A DNA stretch of 46,929 nt, counting the filler, from Streblomastix strix (Eukaryota), in NCBI GenBank assembly GCA_008636045.1. It is 2 parts of 2 records of this genome, joined end to end, with 100 filler letters (N's around TTAATTAATTAA, not from the genome) between each part and the next. Parts side by side here need not be neighbours in the genome. Positions count along the whole stretch, not along the records: positions 1 to 23,429 come from SNRW01000285.1; 1 more part is not named here. One strand, given 5' to 3'. Both the position numbers and the translations under genes were made by a program. Each line of letters opens with the position of its first letter. The stretch's first letter is position 1. The notes beneath the pieces are model-generated. The model saw nothing but the letters and a program-made list of their open reading frames with translations, was not told the origin of the DNA and made no database searches. This document shows, in pieces, positions 1 to 14,200 of this stretch.

Positions 1-154
1 TCAAAATTATTTGAGAAACAAAATCACTAAAACTCGCTATTATAATCAATCAATCATCTAATTTTATCTTCATAAAATAGCTTAACTTTCTATTTTATTC
101 TTATTCTTATCATCAATTTTATATTATGAATTCCCTATTTTTATTTAATAGAAA

Positions 155-2390
155 ATGAAATTAATTTTTTTAGTACTATTTGTGTGCCTAAAGATCGTTT
201 TTTGTGATTATTATCGTTGGGACGTTAAATCTGAAAATCCAACTCCAGATGACAAGTTCGGTGAAGTGTCCGCATTTATAAAGAATGAATGGCTTGCAAT
301 TGGTGCTCGTTTGATTTTATTTATTCTGTTTTATTATTATTTTTAATATATTTATATTAATTACCTCTTTTTTTGCAAGCTGGAACTGATAATGGTCGTG
401 GTGCTGTTTACATTTACCATTATGATCAATATCCAGGAGATGAAAATCCAGATTGGTATCTCATAAAAGTCATTAAACCTCCAGAAGATATTGAAACTAA
501 ATCATTTGGATATTCACTGAGTTCAGTTTATTCAAGTTCATTAAAAGCTTTCATTCTTGCTATTGGATCTCCTTCTGCTATTCCATTAAATCATACAAAG
601 ATGAACTATTCAGATTTAGTTTAGATATGCAATGATAATAAAGATTCAACAGACAATGGATATGCATTTATATATGCAATGGTTGAAGAATAAAAAGGTT
701 TATTTAATTGTTTTATTATTTCTATTATAATTTTATAATTATTAAAAAGATTTTGTTTTGAGAAGAACATATTCGTACCCATCACCTCTATTTGGAACTA
801 GTGTAAATGTTATATATAGGTATTCTTATTAATATAAATATATATTTTACTTATTAGTTATTATTTATTCCTTATTAGAGGTATTTTAAGTGTTGGTTCT
901 CCAGCTGAGAAGGATAATGATGGATCTATTTGTGGTGCAGTTCATATATACAATCTTTAAGATGGTATACTATCATATTTATTACCTTTAAATATTTAAT
1001 AGTCTTTATTTAATCTAAATTAGATTCTAATGAGGGATTTCATGTCATTTTTGAAGGATTATCTTAGAAACCAGGTGTAGAATAAGTGAATCCAATGTTT
1101 GGAGTTGGATTAACTGCAAATTCAGATGGAATTGTGATTGGTGGAATTTAAAGTAGTTTTATTATTAATCTTGTTGGGAATATTGAATTGGGAGAAACTG
1201 TAGAACTATTCAAACTCAAATGTGAACCATTATTGATTGATATGAAGAAGTGTGAATCAGGATTAATTGAGGAATCAGAGCTTGTTAATGGATATATGGG
1301 AGCAACATTAGGATTAACATTGAGTTCTAATTCAATAATTGTTGGGTGTCCTAATTGTAGTGATATGAATGGAAATATCCATATTGTTGTTGGTGCTATG
1401 TAATGTCCATCAGTATATTCTGCGAGTAAAAAGAAGTCTGAAAGGATTCAACATGATGTTACTGCATTAAATTATCATCCTTTTAATTCAGACAATTATA
1501 TCCTTTCAAATCCACTTCGTAATTATATAATAGATGCACCAGAGACTGGATGTACTAATGGATTGTGTTAATTTGGAAGTTAAATATCAATGGATTCCAA
1601 TTCTGCTTCATTTGCTGTTACGGCTCCAAATGCAATCAGTTTAAGTACTTCTAATATTATTAAGTAAGAATTAAATAATAATAGATAGAATATATATTCT
1701 AATAAATAATTAATTAATCAACATATACCAAATGCAGATGATATAATCATTGATAAATAACTAGGAGTTCCAGGACTAAACTATAGATTTATATTTGTAC
1801 CTAATGAAAGTAGCAATTCAAATAATAATAAATATATTTAACTTTAATAATCCAAAGATGATATATACAATTATAATATTCCACAGTACAATGACCAAAT
1901 TCTTCCTTCTTTCAATTCTTCATCTTCATTTGAATAAATAACATCTCACTTCAAACATCATACAAATCACATTCATTCACATCAAGATTAATTAAATTCA
2001 TTTAATAGAAAGTCATACTCAGATAACAATAGTTAGATTGATTAAGGGTAATACCAACAGCAGATATATATATTTGGAGGAGGAGCAATGAGTGTTACTC
2101 TTCGATATGTCAATCCCTCAACAGGTTTGTTTCTACTTGTATCAGGACCTCCATTCTAATCTTAAATGAATGAAAGCTAAAGAGTTCGTATCTACCTGGC
2201 TCAATTTATCTCAGTAAAATACGACTTCCTTATTGTCATCCTTTTCATTCTTCTTATTGTTCTTGCAGTTTTTCTCTTAGTGATCATTTGTATCCAAATC
2301 TTTATTCTGATTCGGAGAAGGAGAAGAGGAATACAGGGCGAAGCTGAGGAGATACACGATGCACCAAACTAGGAAGAAGGATAAATATGA
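155..2390 (+). CDS. Type-I membrane protein with about 7 FG-GAP-like repeats (integrin-alpha-like beta-propeller); multi-exon
   Basis: Signal peptide MKLIFLVLFVCLKIVFC. Splicing intron 309-379 gives WLAIGAPGTDNGRGAVYIY. Further repeats: SFGYSL..LAIGSP, LFGTSV..LSVGSP..GAVHIY, MGATL..IIVGCP, QFGSQI..AVTAP, IFGGG..LVSGPP. C-terminal TM FLIVILFILLIVLAVFLLVIICIQIFILI followed by RRRRR. TGA at 2388-2390. Confidence 0.8.
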
Positions 2391-3237
2391 TGTTTTATAT
2401 ATAAATTTTTTGTGTGTAAAAATCAAATAAAGAGCATAAAACAACCTGTTGATAATTTTTCGCTGTACACTTTATAAAATAATATCCAATTAAATTCCCT
2501 TTTTAGTTATATCAACTACATATCGTATTGATACAATTAATTAAGTATAGTATGCCACCTGCCAATATATTCTAGCACGGCATTAATCGAGCTCTCCAGC
2601 CATAACTTTACAAATATAGCTATTATTCATTTTCTCATCATTTATATTTACATATCCTCTAACATTTCAATACTAAATTTCACATTTTTAGACATTATTA
2701 TCCCAAGATACAACTCTGAAATAATAATCTTTAATATTTGTATGTTATTCTCTCTAATGGACATGTTATAATTAAAATTAATTTAAAAATGTTGATTTTA
2801 AGTATATTTACAAACAATTTATATACCTAAATAACAATTTAACTCTTATCTATAAAATTATTAATTTTTTTTTAATTCAAGACAAAATAAATCAAAAATC
2901 AAAAATTTTAAATTTAATAAATTGAATGTTTATCACATCATAAATGATTTTACTTAGAATGATCCTTTGATACATCTGAACATTCAAAAGAATTATGTTT
3001 AACAATGATATGATTTCAAAAATATTCAATTCTTATTCAGTGTTCTAATGATTGTTTTGTGAAACAATTGAATTTTAATCTATTTTTAAAAAATTAATAA
3101 ATATTAACATTTTTTTCAATTAAAATTTAAAATTTTTTAGTTTATCTTTTCTTTTAAACCTTAATAAATATTATTTTACATTTTTTTTCTAATATTTATT
3201 ATTATATTATTAATCTTAAGAAAAATTTTTTAATAAT

Positions 3238-6200
3238 ATGATAAGTTCTAGTTTATTTGTTGAAGGCGATGAAATCATCAGAAGATTAGATGAGGTGCAT
3301 CCCTTCACTCAACTTGTAGCTGCTGAAAAGAATGGTCCACTTCGACTAGGAGAACATTTTGTAGGATTATCTGAACCTTATTCGTATGTTGTTACATCTT
3401 TGGAGAATTATCAGGATAAACCACACATTCTAGATTCGCATGCTGAAAGAATTTCAAGAAAAATTATTGAATTTCTTAGAACACTGTTTGATGCACTATA
3501 AGCAACAGAAAAAGATTAAGAATAAGAATAAGAATAAGAGCAAATTTAGAAAAAGGATATAATTTTAGAATAAATACGTTGTAATCTTCGAACACTTTAT
3601 GCATTGTGTAAAACTCGTGGTTAGAAGATTATTAGTATGTTTTTAGAATCACGTATTCTGTTTAATTTTATTTTATTGATTTTAATGCAATAATTAGTTC
3701 AGTTTTTCTCAACTGATGAACCAGATCTTGTTTAAGTCCTTCACTTTGCTGAAGTAACAAAAGATATATTCTCACCAATTCCTGAGTCATAACGTTTAGC
3801 AAATGAAATTTATTATGAAGAGTTTGCATATCAACATTTCATTCTTTTTATATTTCTTCATTTTCTATAATTAGAGAAAATATAGCAAGATGGCAATGCA
3901 GATACATAATTCTCTTATGGTTATCATTTGCTGTTATGTGTCCTCTTTCTGGAGTGTGTAGTTCAGATGATGAAGATTCTGAAGAAAACAAAGATTCTAT
4001 AAAACATACATTCAGCGAAATTCTATCCATAAATCAAACTTTACATTCATCAACTAAAATATCTAAATCAATTAGTCCATTAAATAGCACAATTGCTCGA
4101 ATTACTTATTTTGCTTGTGAATGTCTTTAGGTATTAATTAAATATCATAAAATTAAATTTAAGTATTTAATTAAATACTGTTTATTCTATTCTATTTCTT
4201 TGATATATCACATTTCATTAACAGGATACTTCATTAGCATCATAAGCAGCTTGTGAAGTTATTGCAAGACTTTATACATAACCAGACTTATCTGGTCTTC
4301 CGCTTCGTTCTTTAGTACAACACATTCTTAGTTGTATTGCTTTTATTCATCAAATTCCATATTAATAACACTTTTAATCTAATTCATATTAAATACTTCC
4401 TCCTTCCTATATAATTGAACATCGAACAGTTCTTTGTCTCAATCTTTTATCTCGTATACTCAAATATTCAATGCGTGTTGAACTACTTACTGTATCCATA
4501 GATGCATTACCAACACTTATATTATGGACTTAAGGAAAGGGAGGAAAAGAATCAGTTTGTTTTTCTAATTTTAAATCATCCACATAATCAGTTAATGATG
4601 GAATAGAAGCTCCTCTTCATCTTCCTCTTCCTCCAGACATCATTAATCTTGTTACTCCGCTAACTAGAGTTATCCAAAATCCTCCTTCATAACCATCTCT
4701 ATTCCTTCCAGATATTAACACATCAATACAAATCAATCCTTTATTAAATGTATAAGAATAATAAGATATTAATATATTTTAGATTCCTCGTATATTCATA
4801 TCTCCAACTTCATCTGTCAGAAAGTTACTTGTGAAATGCATTGGCCATTTGTGTCTAGTTCTTCTTCCTCCTTAACCTGCAGCTTGGAGATATAGACGCG
4901 GAGTTCGCTCATTGGAAATAAGTTTTGATTCAAATGAAGACGAAGATAAAGATGAAGATAACATTGAATAAGATTAATAAGAAATTGATGATCAGAAGGA
5001 TGAAAATGAATAATTAATTAATGATACTACAAATTCTAATTAATCTGCTCTACATTTCTTTGCTGAATAATCTTTAATGACTCACGCATCAGCAATTCTT
5101 CTTTAAATGCTAAGTGATAATGATACGGTTGTACGAATAGCAGCTGCTAAAGGAGTATGATAAATGATGATCTTTACTTAATGAAGTATTTATAATTTAT
5201 GATAATATTCTAGATTGGAAGAGTAGTATCTCGTATTGCATAGAAAGAATGTGCATCATTTATTGTAGATGTTTTATTGGATAGACTTGGTAGTACACTT
5301 GGAATTGAGACTGAAATAGAAAAAGAAAAAGAAAGAAGTTAAATTAGTAATTCTTCAAATGCTGAAATACACCATACTCGTTCATCAGTTCAACTTGTAC
5401 ATGGATGTTGTTAAGCACTCGCTCGAGCTGTGATGTAGGGTGCATTATTACCTCCAACTCTTCCACGTGCACTTCGAATATTGAATTCTGCATTGGGGTT
5501 TTTATTCAATTCAGTTTTTATTTATTTATCTAATTACTTATATTTAACTTTCAGATACGAATAAAGGCTCAATGAAAGCAGCAATTCCAGTAGTGGAGGT
5601 GCAACGGTTGTTGGTGCATCAGTCAGAGATTCTGCATGTCTTACTCTATGGGCATGTGCAAGAATGTTTGATCCATAGTAATTTGAATTATTTGCTGAAT
5701 AATTGGGAGCATCTTTATTAAGAGTCGCCTTATTTGATACTGATGTTAATTGTAGGAGTGGTGCATCTGCTACCCTTTAAGAATGTATTGGAAGATTAGG
5801 AATGAAAGAAATACAAATAAAAGAAAAGACTAATAATATTGATAATGAAGAGGTTAATGAACCAAGATGTGTAGAAGTTATTCCACATGGTCTTGCACTT
5901 CTTCGAATTGTAAATCTATATTCTGTTTGGGATCTAAATTCTTCATATCTTGTGCTATCATATAGGTTTGTAGAATTCTCTTGCTTATACACTTTTAAAC
6001 AATTATTAATTCATTATATTTTCTTAAATTTCCTTTTGTAGAGCATGCAGATTAGGTCCAATTTATAGAAAACCATTAATTGAACATCTTCTTTCTACTC
6101 GGTTTATTATTTATATTTATTATTGAATTATTAATTTAATTACTTTATCAATATTAAAATTACAATTTCTTAATTTTTTTTATTGTTTAGATTATCGCAT

Positions 6201-9200
6201 TGGGATTCATCAGTAAGATCTCTTGCTGCAAGATCTTTAGGGGCTATATCTTAACTTGATAGAAGATTATTTGAGGGAAATAATAATTTGAAATATGATA
6301 ATAATGATGAAAAAGGTATAATTGAGAGACTTGCTGAACTTTGTCTAACATCATTTTCTCCTTAAACCCGACATGGATCTATTCTTGCACTCGCAGAGAT
6401 AATTTAGTCTCTTTCATTGAGTGGCATGTCATCCTATGTAAGGTTTATTAATTAATTATTTTCTTATATAAATATAATAAATATTTACTTATATATATGT
6501 ATAGAGCTTGTGCAGCAGATCTTGAAAAATAAAGATAAGCAGCAAAAGGATCGAAAGAGAAATTAATTAATTAATCTTTTGATTAATGTTAATTTAAAGA
6601 TATTAATGAGGAAAAAGAAGAAATAATAGGAGATAATAAATAAGGATTAAAACAAAAGGAAAATAGTTATTTGAAGAAAAATAATGATTAAAATGCAAAT
6701 TTTGTTGGAATATATGAAAAATGTCTTAAAATTCGTCCAAATATTGGATCATCTTCATTCAGCTCACGACCTGGAAGAAAGAAAATAGATGCAACTGGAC
6801 TTGAAAGTATTCCATTGTTAATTATTGAGAGAAAAGATGAATATAATGAAAAAGAGAGAGAGATGAATAATAAATAGAATAATGAAATTGAAAGGAAATT
6901 GATTGAAAGAAATGAAGATTTATTCAAACTTGATTGGAGTGAAATTGTTAAAATATTAAATTCAGAGAAATTTGATGTTAATTGGAGAGAAAAAGGAAAA
7001 AGAAAAGAATAAATGCATTAATCGAATAAATAAACAAGTGTTCTTAATTTAGTTGCATGTATTCCCATAATCCTTTTTAAATTCTACAAACCAGACGCGG
7101 ATGAATTGAACACTTAATTGATATGCGCAATTCTGAGACTAATTACATCTCTTATTATTTCAATTGTTGATTACTCTTCATAAGATACATATTGTGATAA
7201 ATAATAAAGATTTCCTCATTAACTTACTATTCTATATTCATAATTAATATAAGATGTTTCTACTTGTTCATTTTCATTCAAATAAATCCCCGGAAGTTAT
7301 TAATATGAATAATTGAATAAAGATAGTGATGAAACATAAAAAATAGATTAATCATTTAATCTTCCTGTAATTGAACTCTCAGTAACTGAGAAAAGAAGAC
7401 TGAATATATTGGCTAAATCGTATATACTAACAAATGAATGCATGGAAGTTTAATTTGAAGCTGCTAAGACTCTTGGTTTACTTATTGGATATTGCGGAAA
7501 TAATCATATTTGTAATTAATTATCTAAACTAATAATAGATACCCAAACGAATTTTAAATAGAAATAAGTAGAAAATAATAAACAAATATAATAAGCAAAA
7601 TCAATAAAAAAAGAGCCTCATTAAAATATTGCATCACTTATCAAAAGCGGTGCTTAACAAAAAGCATCACCATCATCTCTTATCAATGAAGGTATTAAAT
7701 TATTTTCTTTTTAAGTATTTATTATATTTCAAATTGCAGAATAATCTCAAGTTAATTAAACCCTCTGTGCTATTCGTGGTGCTTGTATGGCACTTCCATT
7801 TCTTCCAATTAAAGCAATTTTTAATTAAGATGGTTTGATTTTATATTGGGTTATTATTATTGTTTCATCATTACTAATTATTAATCTTTTTAAAAGTTGA
7901 ATCTGATCATTCTGAGCAACTTTCACTGTAGCATCATCCTCTAATTATTGCACTTACTGGTTTAATTATTTTTCAAATTATTAGTATTCACGTATCTCAA
8001 ATGTTATTTTATTATTTTATTTAGGATTATCTCTAACTACATTTATTGATCCATTACTTGGTGGTGTGGCAGATAATGATGCAGTTGTTAGAGCAAGTGC
8101 AGCATAAGCATTAGCTTCCATTACATCTCATATTATTATTGCTCATAATTAAGAAGGTTTGGTCTTTTTTCTTTTTCTTATTTCTATAACCACTCATTAC
8201 ATCAGTTATTCCCAATATTTCAGATGTTAAATGGATATTTGGCATTCTTCTTCTGGCAGGAAATGATTATACGAAGATTAAAGGAGGAGATGTTGGTAGT
8301 CTTGTGAGATGTGCAGCACTGACAGGAGCAACAAAACTTGCTCTTACACTTCATTTTTGTATGAATAATCATTATTTATACTAATTTTAGAAATAATGAA
8401 AAACGTATATAATTTGACATTTATTTGTTATATTTTGTTTTGTTTTTGTTTAGATAAGCCTCGAATGTTTACTTTTGATATATTTTTAGGGTTAACCAGA
8501 CAGTTGATAAAATAATGTGGAGAAACAATTGATTTTGTTCGCATAACATCTGGATAACTCCTGGCTGAAATTATTATGAGAGCTCGTTTATTTCCTCCAG
8601 CACCAATATTGATCAATGATTAATAAGAAGATGCAAATATTTCTAATCAACCTCAATTGATTCCCTCTACATCACATTCTCCTATTCTTTAATGTGCATC
8701 AACTGCTCAGTCTGTTATTACAAACACAGATAAAAAACTCGATTTAATTTTTTAATTTTCTGGTGAAATTAATTAAAATGAATTGTTTCAGATTCTTGAA
8801 ATTGAATCTTTATTTGAAGAGAGACAAAGATATATAGAAGAATAATAAAGTAATAATATCGGAAAGAAAATATATAAAATTAATGAAAATGAATAGAATG
8901 TTGATAATAAAGAGAATGAAGTTGATGATGAAGATGATGAAGATGAAGAAGAAGTTGGATTAATGAAACTTCTTAATGATGATGAAGATGAAATACAAGT
9001 TGAAGATGGGGAAGAAATGGATTAATATATTCATGAATAGATTGAAAAAGAAAGAACAATGAATATTTGTATTAAACGAGGTTGGTAAAGTCAAGAAGAA
9101 GGATAATTATAACTTGCCATTGATGAAGGATACATTATTACATATCTTTGGGAAGATAGCATTTTAAGTATGAAATAACATTTAAGTGAAGATAAGAAGA

Positions 9201-10199
9201 ATAAATCAAATATTTTGGTATAACGCATTGTTGGTGAGAATTATTAACAGTTTCATATTGATTGGACAAGAAGCTGGAAGAGAAATTAGACTGCAGATAA
9301 TAATAGTAATAAATAATAATAATAATAATAATAGAATATTGATAATAAAGAAATAATCTCATTTGAAGGAGGTGGAGTTTATTGGATTTTAATGCAGTTT
9401 CTTGCTTTGAATTCGTATAGAGATGCAGTTATAAGTGGAATTACAATGAGTATTGGATGTTCACTTTCATTTAGCATGAATTCTCTCTCTCCAGCATAAT
9501 AAGAATTCTATAAATACTCTCTCCTATCATTAAATCTAAGCCAATAAATATAATAATAAGATAAAGAAAATAAATTAGATATATATCCAACAAGCATTTC
9601 TTAATCTTCTCCCCTTGGAATATGCAGACTTTCAATTCTATTTAATTCTCTTATTATTTTATATCATCGTTTTTATACAAATGATCGTATATTCATCCCC
9701 TTATGCACAACAATATAATTCATTCTAACAATAATTCTAGAATGGTAGAATAATAAAGAAACAGAATGGGAAAATGAATGTGATACAATTATTGAAAAAG
9801 ATGAAGAATACAAATAAAGAAAGTAAATAATGTTGAATAAACTCTATAAAGACGATATTAATAGTCAACTTATTGATTTTGTTCGCTTACTTCGCAATGT
9901 TCTAATAAAGCCAAGAAAATAGCAACAGTAACAATAAACACCAGAATTATTATAGTCTCAACAAATTGAGTGGAGGGACAATATCAAACGCGCTATGGCT
10001 ATAGTTCCAATCATTGCACTTCTAGCCCAAATTCCTCCTTCTTAGCAAAATGCACAAACATTCCTGACAGAATTGCGCTCGCATATATTTCCAACTGTAT
10101 GTAACTTTTTTTTTAAGATCCTTTGCATAACATCCCTTATTTTTATCTTAGGTAAATGAAGCAGCTTCAATTATCTGTAATTAACTTGAAATTAAGTGA
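3238..10199 (+). CDS. TBCD: Tubulin-specific chaperone D (cofactor D), multi-exon, with low-complexity insertions
   Basis: Conserved motifs in order: YQDKPHILDSH, KTRG, RYIILLWLS, LSDNDTVVRIAAAKG, HGCC, VRDSACLTLWACAR, ALFDTDVNCRSGASATLQECIGR, HWDSSVR, RHGSILALAE, DYTKIKGGDVGSLVR. Last intron 10097-10151, TGA at 10197-10199. Confidence 0.9.
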
Positions 10200-11645
10200 C
10201 ACACAGAAAATTAACACCCAAACTCTATGCCAGTCAAAAATCGGTCCAAAATTGCCAATTTTCGGACGGATTTTAAAAGTATATGCGGATTTGTTTTGAA
10301 TATAAAATATGAACATATAATATATATACACTTCATTTTTAGTGATTAGAAAAATCCGCATACTCAGCGATGGCGATTTACAGTTTTTTATTTTTTTTTC
10401 AAAATCTACCAGTCACAATAATTAAAAATTACATTTTGTTATGTTTTTACGCATTATATATTATTATAGGGCATATTCATACGATAATAACATGTTTGCA
10501 AGTTGTGCGGGTGGGAAAAGGAGAGTGATTTTTTTAAACAATGAACTTCTGTTTCCTTTACATTTTAAATTATATTTTATTTATTGTATATTAATAAATA
10601 TATTATTTATTATTATAAATTGATTTATTTCTTTTATACTTATTTTTAAAGTGTTTACTGGGAATTTTTTGAAATGTTAATTTTTCTAAAATGAAAACTT
10701 GCTCTAAAATAGTGTAAAGCTTTCTAATATATATTATCTTGATTTAAATCATTAGCAGACATACCATAGTTACCAATGCACCTTAATTTGTTAACTAATC
10801 ACTTGTATTTTGAAAGAAAAATGTTTTTTGCGTTCTTATCAGCCAGACATATTTATGACCTGTAACTATAATAAAAACTATATAATATATATTTATTGAA
10901 TTATTATCATAATTGTAAGGTTAAATTATTTATCTACAAAAATTAAAAAATTTTGAAACAAAATTTTTATTGATCTTTTCAAAATTTGGCTTGCGGAAAA
11001 ATCCGCACTCCTGATTGCTGTGCGGAAAAATCCGCACTTTCCGTCCGTCATTCTGACACCCCTATATAAAATTGAATAGAATACTTAATGAGTTTTCACC
11101 TTTTCCAAGTTGAAATTTCAGAACTTTTGGAGCTTGTTTCTCAAAATTGGCACAAGATTTTTTCTGTACACTAAAAATTTTATCCTTATTTTACAATTGA
11201 AATCAAATGATATTATCAAAAATATTCGCTATTGAGACAATTTACGAACTTATAATAAAAATTTATTATTATTCGTTTATTATGTAAATCACATATTTAA
11301 ATATTACTTTAATTAATTTATCTTTTAAATTACTCATTATATAATATAATTCAATATATTATATTCATGAATTTTTTTCGTAGAGATGTATATACCGATT
11401 TTTTTTTTATTTTTAAAACTAATTTTTCTAAAAATTGGCCAAAGATTTAGAGTTTTGTTCAAATTAACGTTTTAAATTTAGTCATGTTGCATCATAATTT
11501 ATATTCAAAATACGAGGTTCACGGAGAGTGGGAAACGCCAAAAGCCTATTCCATTATCTAAACTTTTTCAACTTTTTCAACTTTTTTATAATTATTGTAC
11601 TATTAAATTATACATATTTTGCATTTTTTATTATATACCAGACTG

Positions 11646-13055
11646 ATGCTGAAGGATATTTAGGATTCAGAGGATACATCTGACAGTTCTATTTCGAGCG
11701 TCATCACGAAGCTTCAGAGTGAGTGTGACGCTATGCATCTTTAAATTTCTGGTGGGAAAAAGCAGCTAGAAGAGACTTAGAAGGAACTTGCTATGTCTCT
11801 TTATCAAATTGATGCGGCCAAGCGTGTTGTTGCTCGTCTTCTAGCAGAAAGAGACACAGCCATTAAAACCCTATAAGAATTGAAATCATCTGACATCGGT
11901 AGAGAGATAGCAATTCCCAAATAAACTCTTCGCTCAAGTCTTAATGAAGAAGCTTCATCATTAATAACTGAAAAATACAGTGGTCTTTCGAAGAGTAGAA
12001 AGGAAAAAAAAATCCCAGAATGGGCAAAATAAAAAGATCGTAAATATGAATATTAATATATATCGAAATTCACTGGTGATCCAAGCTATGGTTATCGTAT
12101 TAGTGCCCTTGCTCTAAGTACAGATGGAGAAATCATTGGATCTGGACGAAAAAATGGAAATATATCATTATTTCAGAAAGATAAAAAAGAACCAATAATT
12201 AACTTAGAAGGTCACAGTATGAAGATAAATGATGTATCATTTGTTAAGAATATGAATAGTTTGATATCAGGAAGTGATGATTAGACAATAAGAATGTGGA
12301 AAAACCTTGAAGATGAAGAAGGTTCGTAATCAATACTATTTGAGAAGGTGCATGAATCAGCGATAGTATCTGCACAAACACACCCAGTTAGCACATTAGC
12401 AATATCTGCTTCTAAAGATGGAACATGGGTTGTTTATGACATTGATGCTGCAGGATAACCAAGAGCGATTAGTTCTGTATCAAGTACTGCATAATCATCA
12501 TCTTCATCATCATTAACATTTTCAGGTCGTATTCCGTTTGAACGTGCTAATATTCATCCAGATGGTATTTTATTAGGGACAGCTAATGCAAATGGTCATA
12601 TTTCTATTTGGGATTTAAAAGCAGGAACTCTCGTTGCTGATTTTGATGCAATTGGAGATAAATTGAATAAAAGCCCATGTACCACACTTATATTCTCTGA
12701 AAATGGATTCAACATAGCATCAGTTATTGGAGGATAGCTTCGTGTGTGGGATCTACGACATTCAAAATCAGGAGTATATACCCCACTCACATATGATACT
12801 CTTAATTTTACTCCTTCAGACATTTCTATCCTTCGTAGTGCTGCTTATGACAATAGTGGATACTATATCGCTGCTTGTTCAAGTACAGCCACATACACAA
12901 TTAGTACAAAGACTTGGGATATAAGAGCTACAATTCCATCACCAGATGATGTACCATAAGAGTTGGTTGTATAATATGAAGATGGATCTGGATTGCTTGT
13001 TGCAAAGAAGGATGGTTCAATTGACTTACATAAAAAAATAACCGATCTTGAGTGA
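11646..13055 (+). CDS. PRP19: Pre-mRNA-processing factor 19 (coiled coil + WD40), no recognisable U-box
   Basis: SISSVITKLQSECDAMHLQ..KELAMSLYQIDAAKRVVARL matches the Prp19 tetramerisation coil. WD40 repeats follow (GHSMKINDV..ISGSDDQTIRMW, HPDGILLGT..ISIWDLK, FSENGF). 470 codons with TAR=Gln. An in-frame upstream ATG exists at 11484. Confidence 0.88.
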
Positions 13056-13129
13056 AATTAAAATATCATTTCAGAGCAATAATAATAAAAATTGAATCTG
13101 GTAATTTTATTATTATTTTATTTTATTGG

Positions 13130-14200
13130 TCAGAAAACCCTTGAAATTGTACAACTGTACGAATAACTTGACAGATACGTAAGCCACACTCGAAACCATC
13201 TCATCTGTGAGCGGTGTTTCCACATGGCAGAAGCAGTCCAATATGCAGACTAAGCACAATACTATATTTAATTGCCTTCATCACCCATTTGTATATATTG
13301 ATTACTTTCATTTTTCTCATTATCATTAACTTTTGTTGTGTTATTAATATGAAAAATTTTACATCTTAATCCAGCAGCTATTGGTCCAAATGCTCTTTCA
13401 ATCATCTTCCTTGTCTTTAATTCATAAAAAACTAACTATGATTAATTATTATGTGGTTCAGAATTTTGAATAGTTTCATAAGAATCTTATGATTAATTAA
13501 AAGATTTTTATTATTCTAATCTCTTTTTATTTTCAAATTCAACATAAGCTCTTACTCCTTTTCCAGTTGCAACATGATTATTATGACCAGAAACTCCTTT
13601 AGAATCAAAAGAAATTATTGAATTTATCTCTACTGAATTAATTTGTTTTTCTTTCCTAATAACACTGTCTATTGCATTTTATATATCATTAATACTCCAA
13701 ATTTAATGTTTTCCATCTTTGAATGTTAGTTAAAACAAATTTTCTTATCTAATTGCATAATTTAATTGTGTTCCATATTTTCCAATATAAATTTAAACTT
13801 CTAAAATCTATTTATAAATAAAACAAATTAAAAATATTTAAAAAATAAATTAAAAATATTTAAAAAATAAAAAGTATTATGATTATATTTATACCCCAAG
13901 AACTTCACAACTTTATTTCAACTCTTATAAACGATGTTTCCCAAGATTTTCATCATATTTATCATATCCATATTCACCAGCACTTAAAGTTAATAAATAT
14001 ATTCGTTTATTTTAATTATATAAACTTCTAATAACATTTGAATAGAATGCAGCTTCATCATCTGGATGTGCTGTAACAATCAGTATATTCTATCCAATAA
14101 ATTAAGAGTTTGATGAACTCCAATGCATTATTCTCTTTTCATTTCCAAAGAATATTTTCAAACATTGTATAAAGGAAATTATAAAAAGTAGAATAATCAT
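13130..14200 (-). CDS. PIGL: N-acetylglucosaminyl-phosphatidylinositol de-N-acetylase (PIG-L/GPI12)
   Basis: N-terminal hydrophobic anchor, ILIVTAHPDDE motif, FDSKGVSGHNNH metal motif, C-terminal AMWKHRSQMRWFR. Intron at about 13808-13894. Confidence 0.9.

Noticed and set aside
11505..11560. GC-richer patch upstream of Prp19 as an ncRNA
   Set aside because: No recognisable snRNA/tRNA motif or convincing structure.
13826..13872. Short tandem duplication aaattaaaaatatttaaaaaat
   Set aside because: Low-complexity slippage inside the PIG-L intron.
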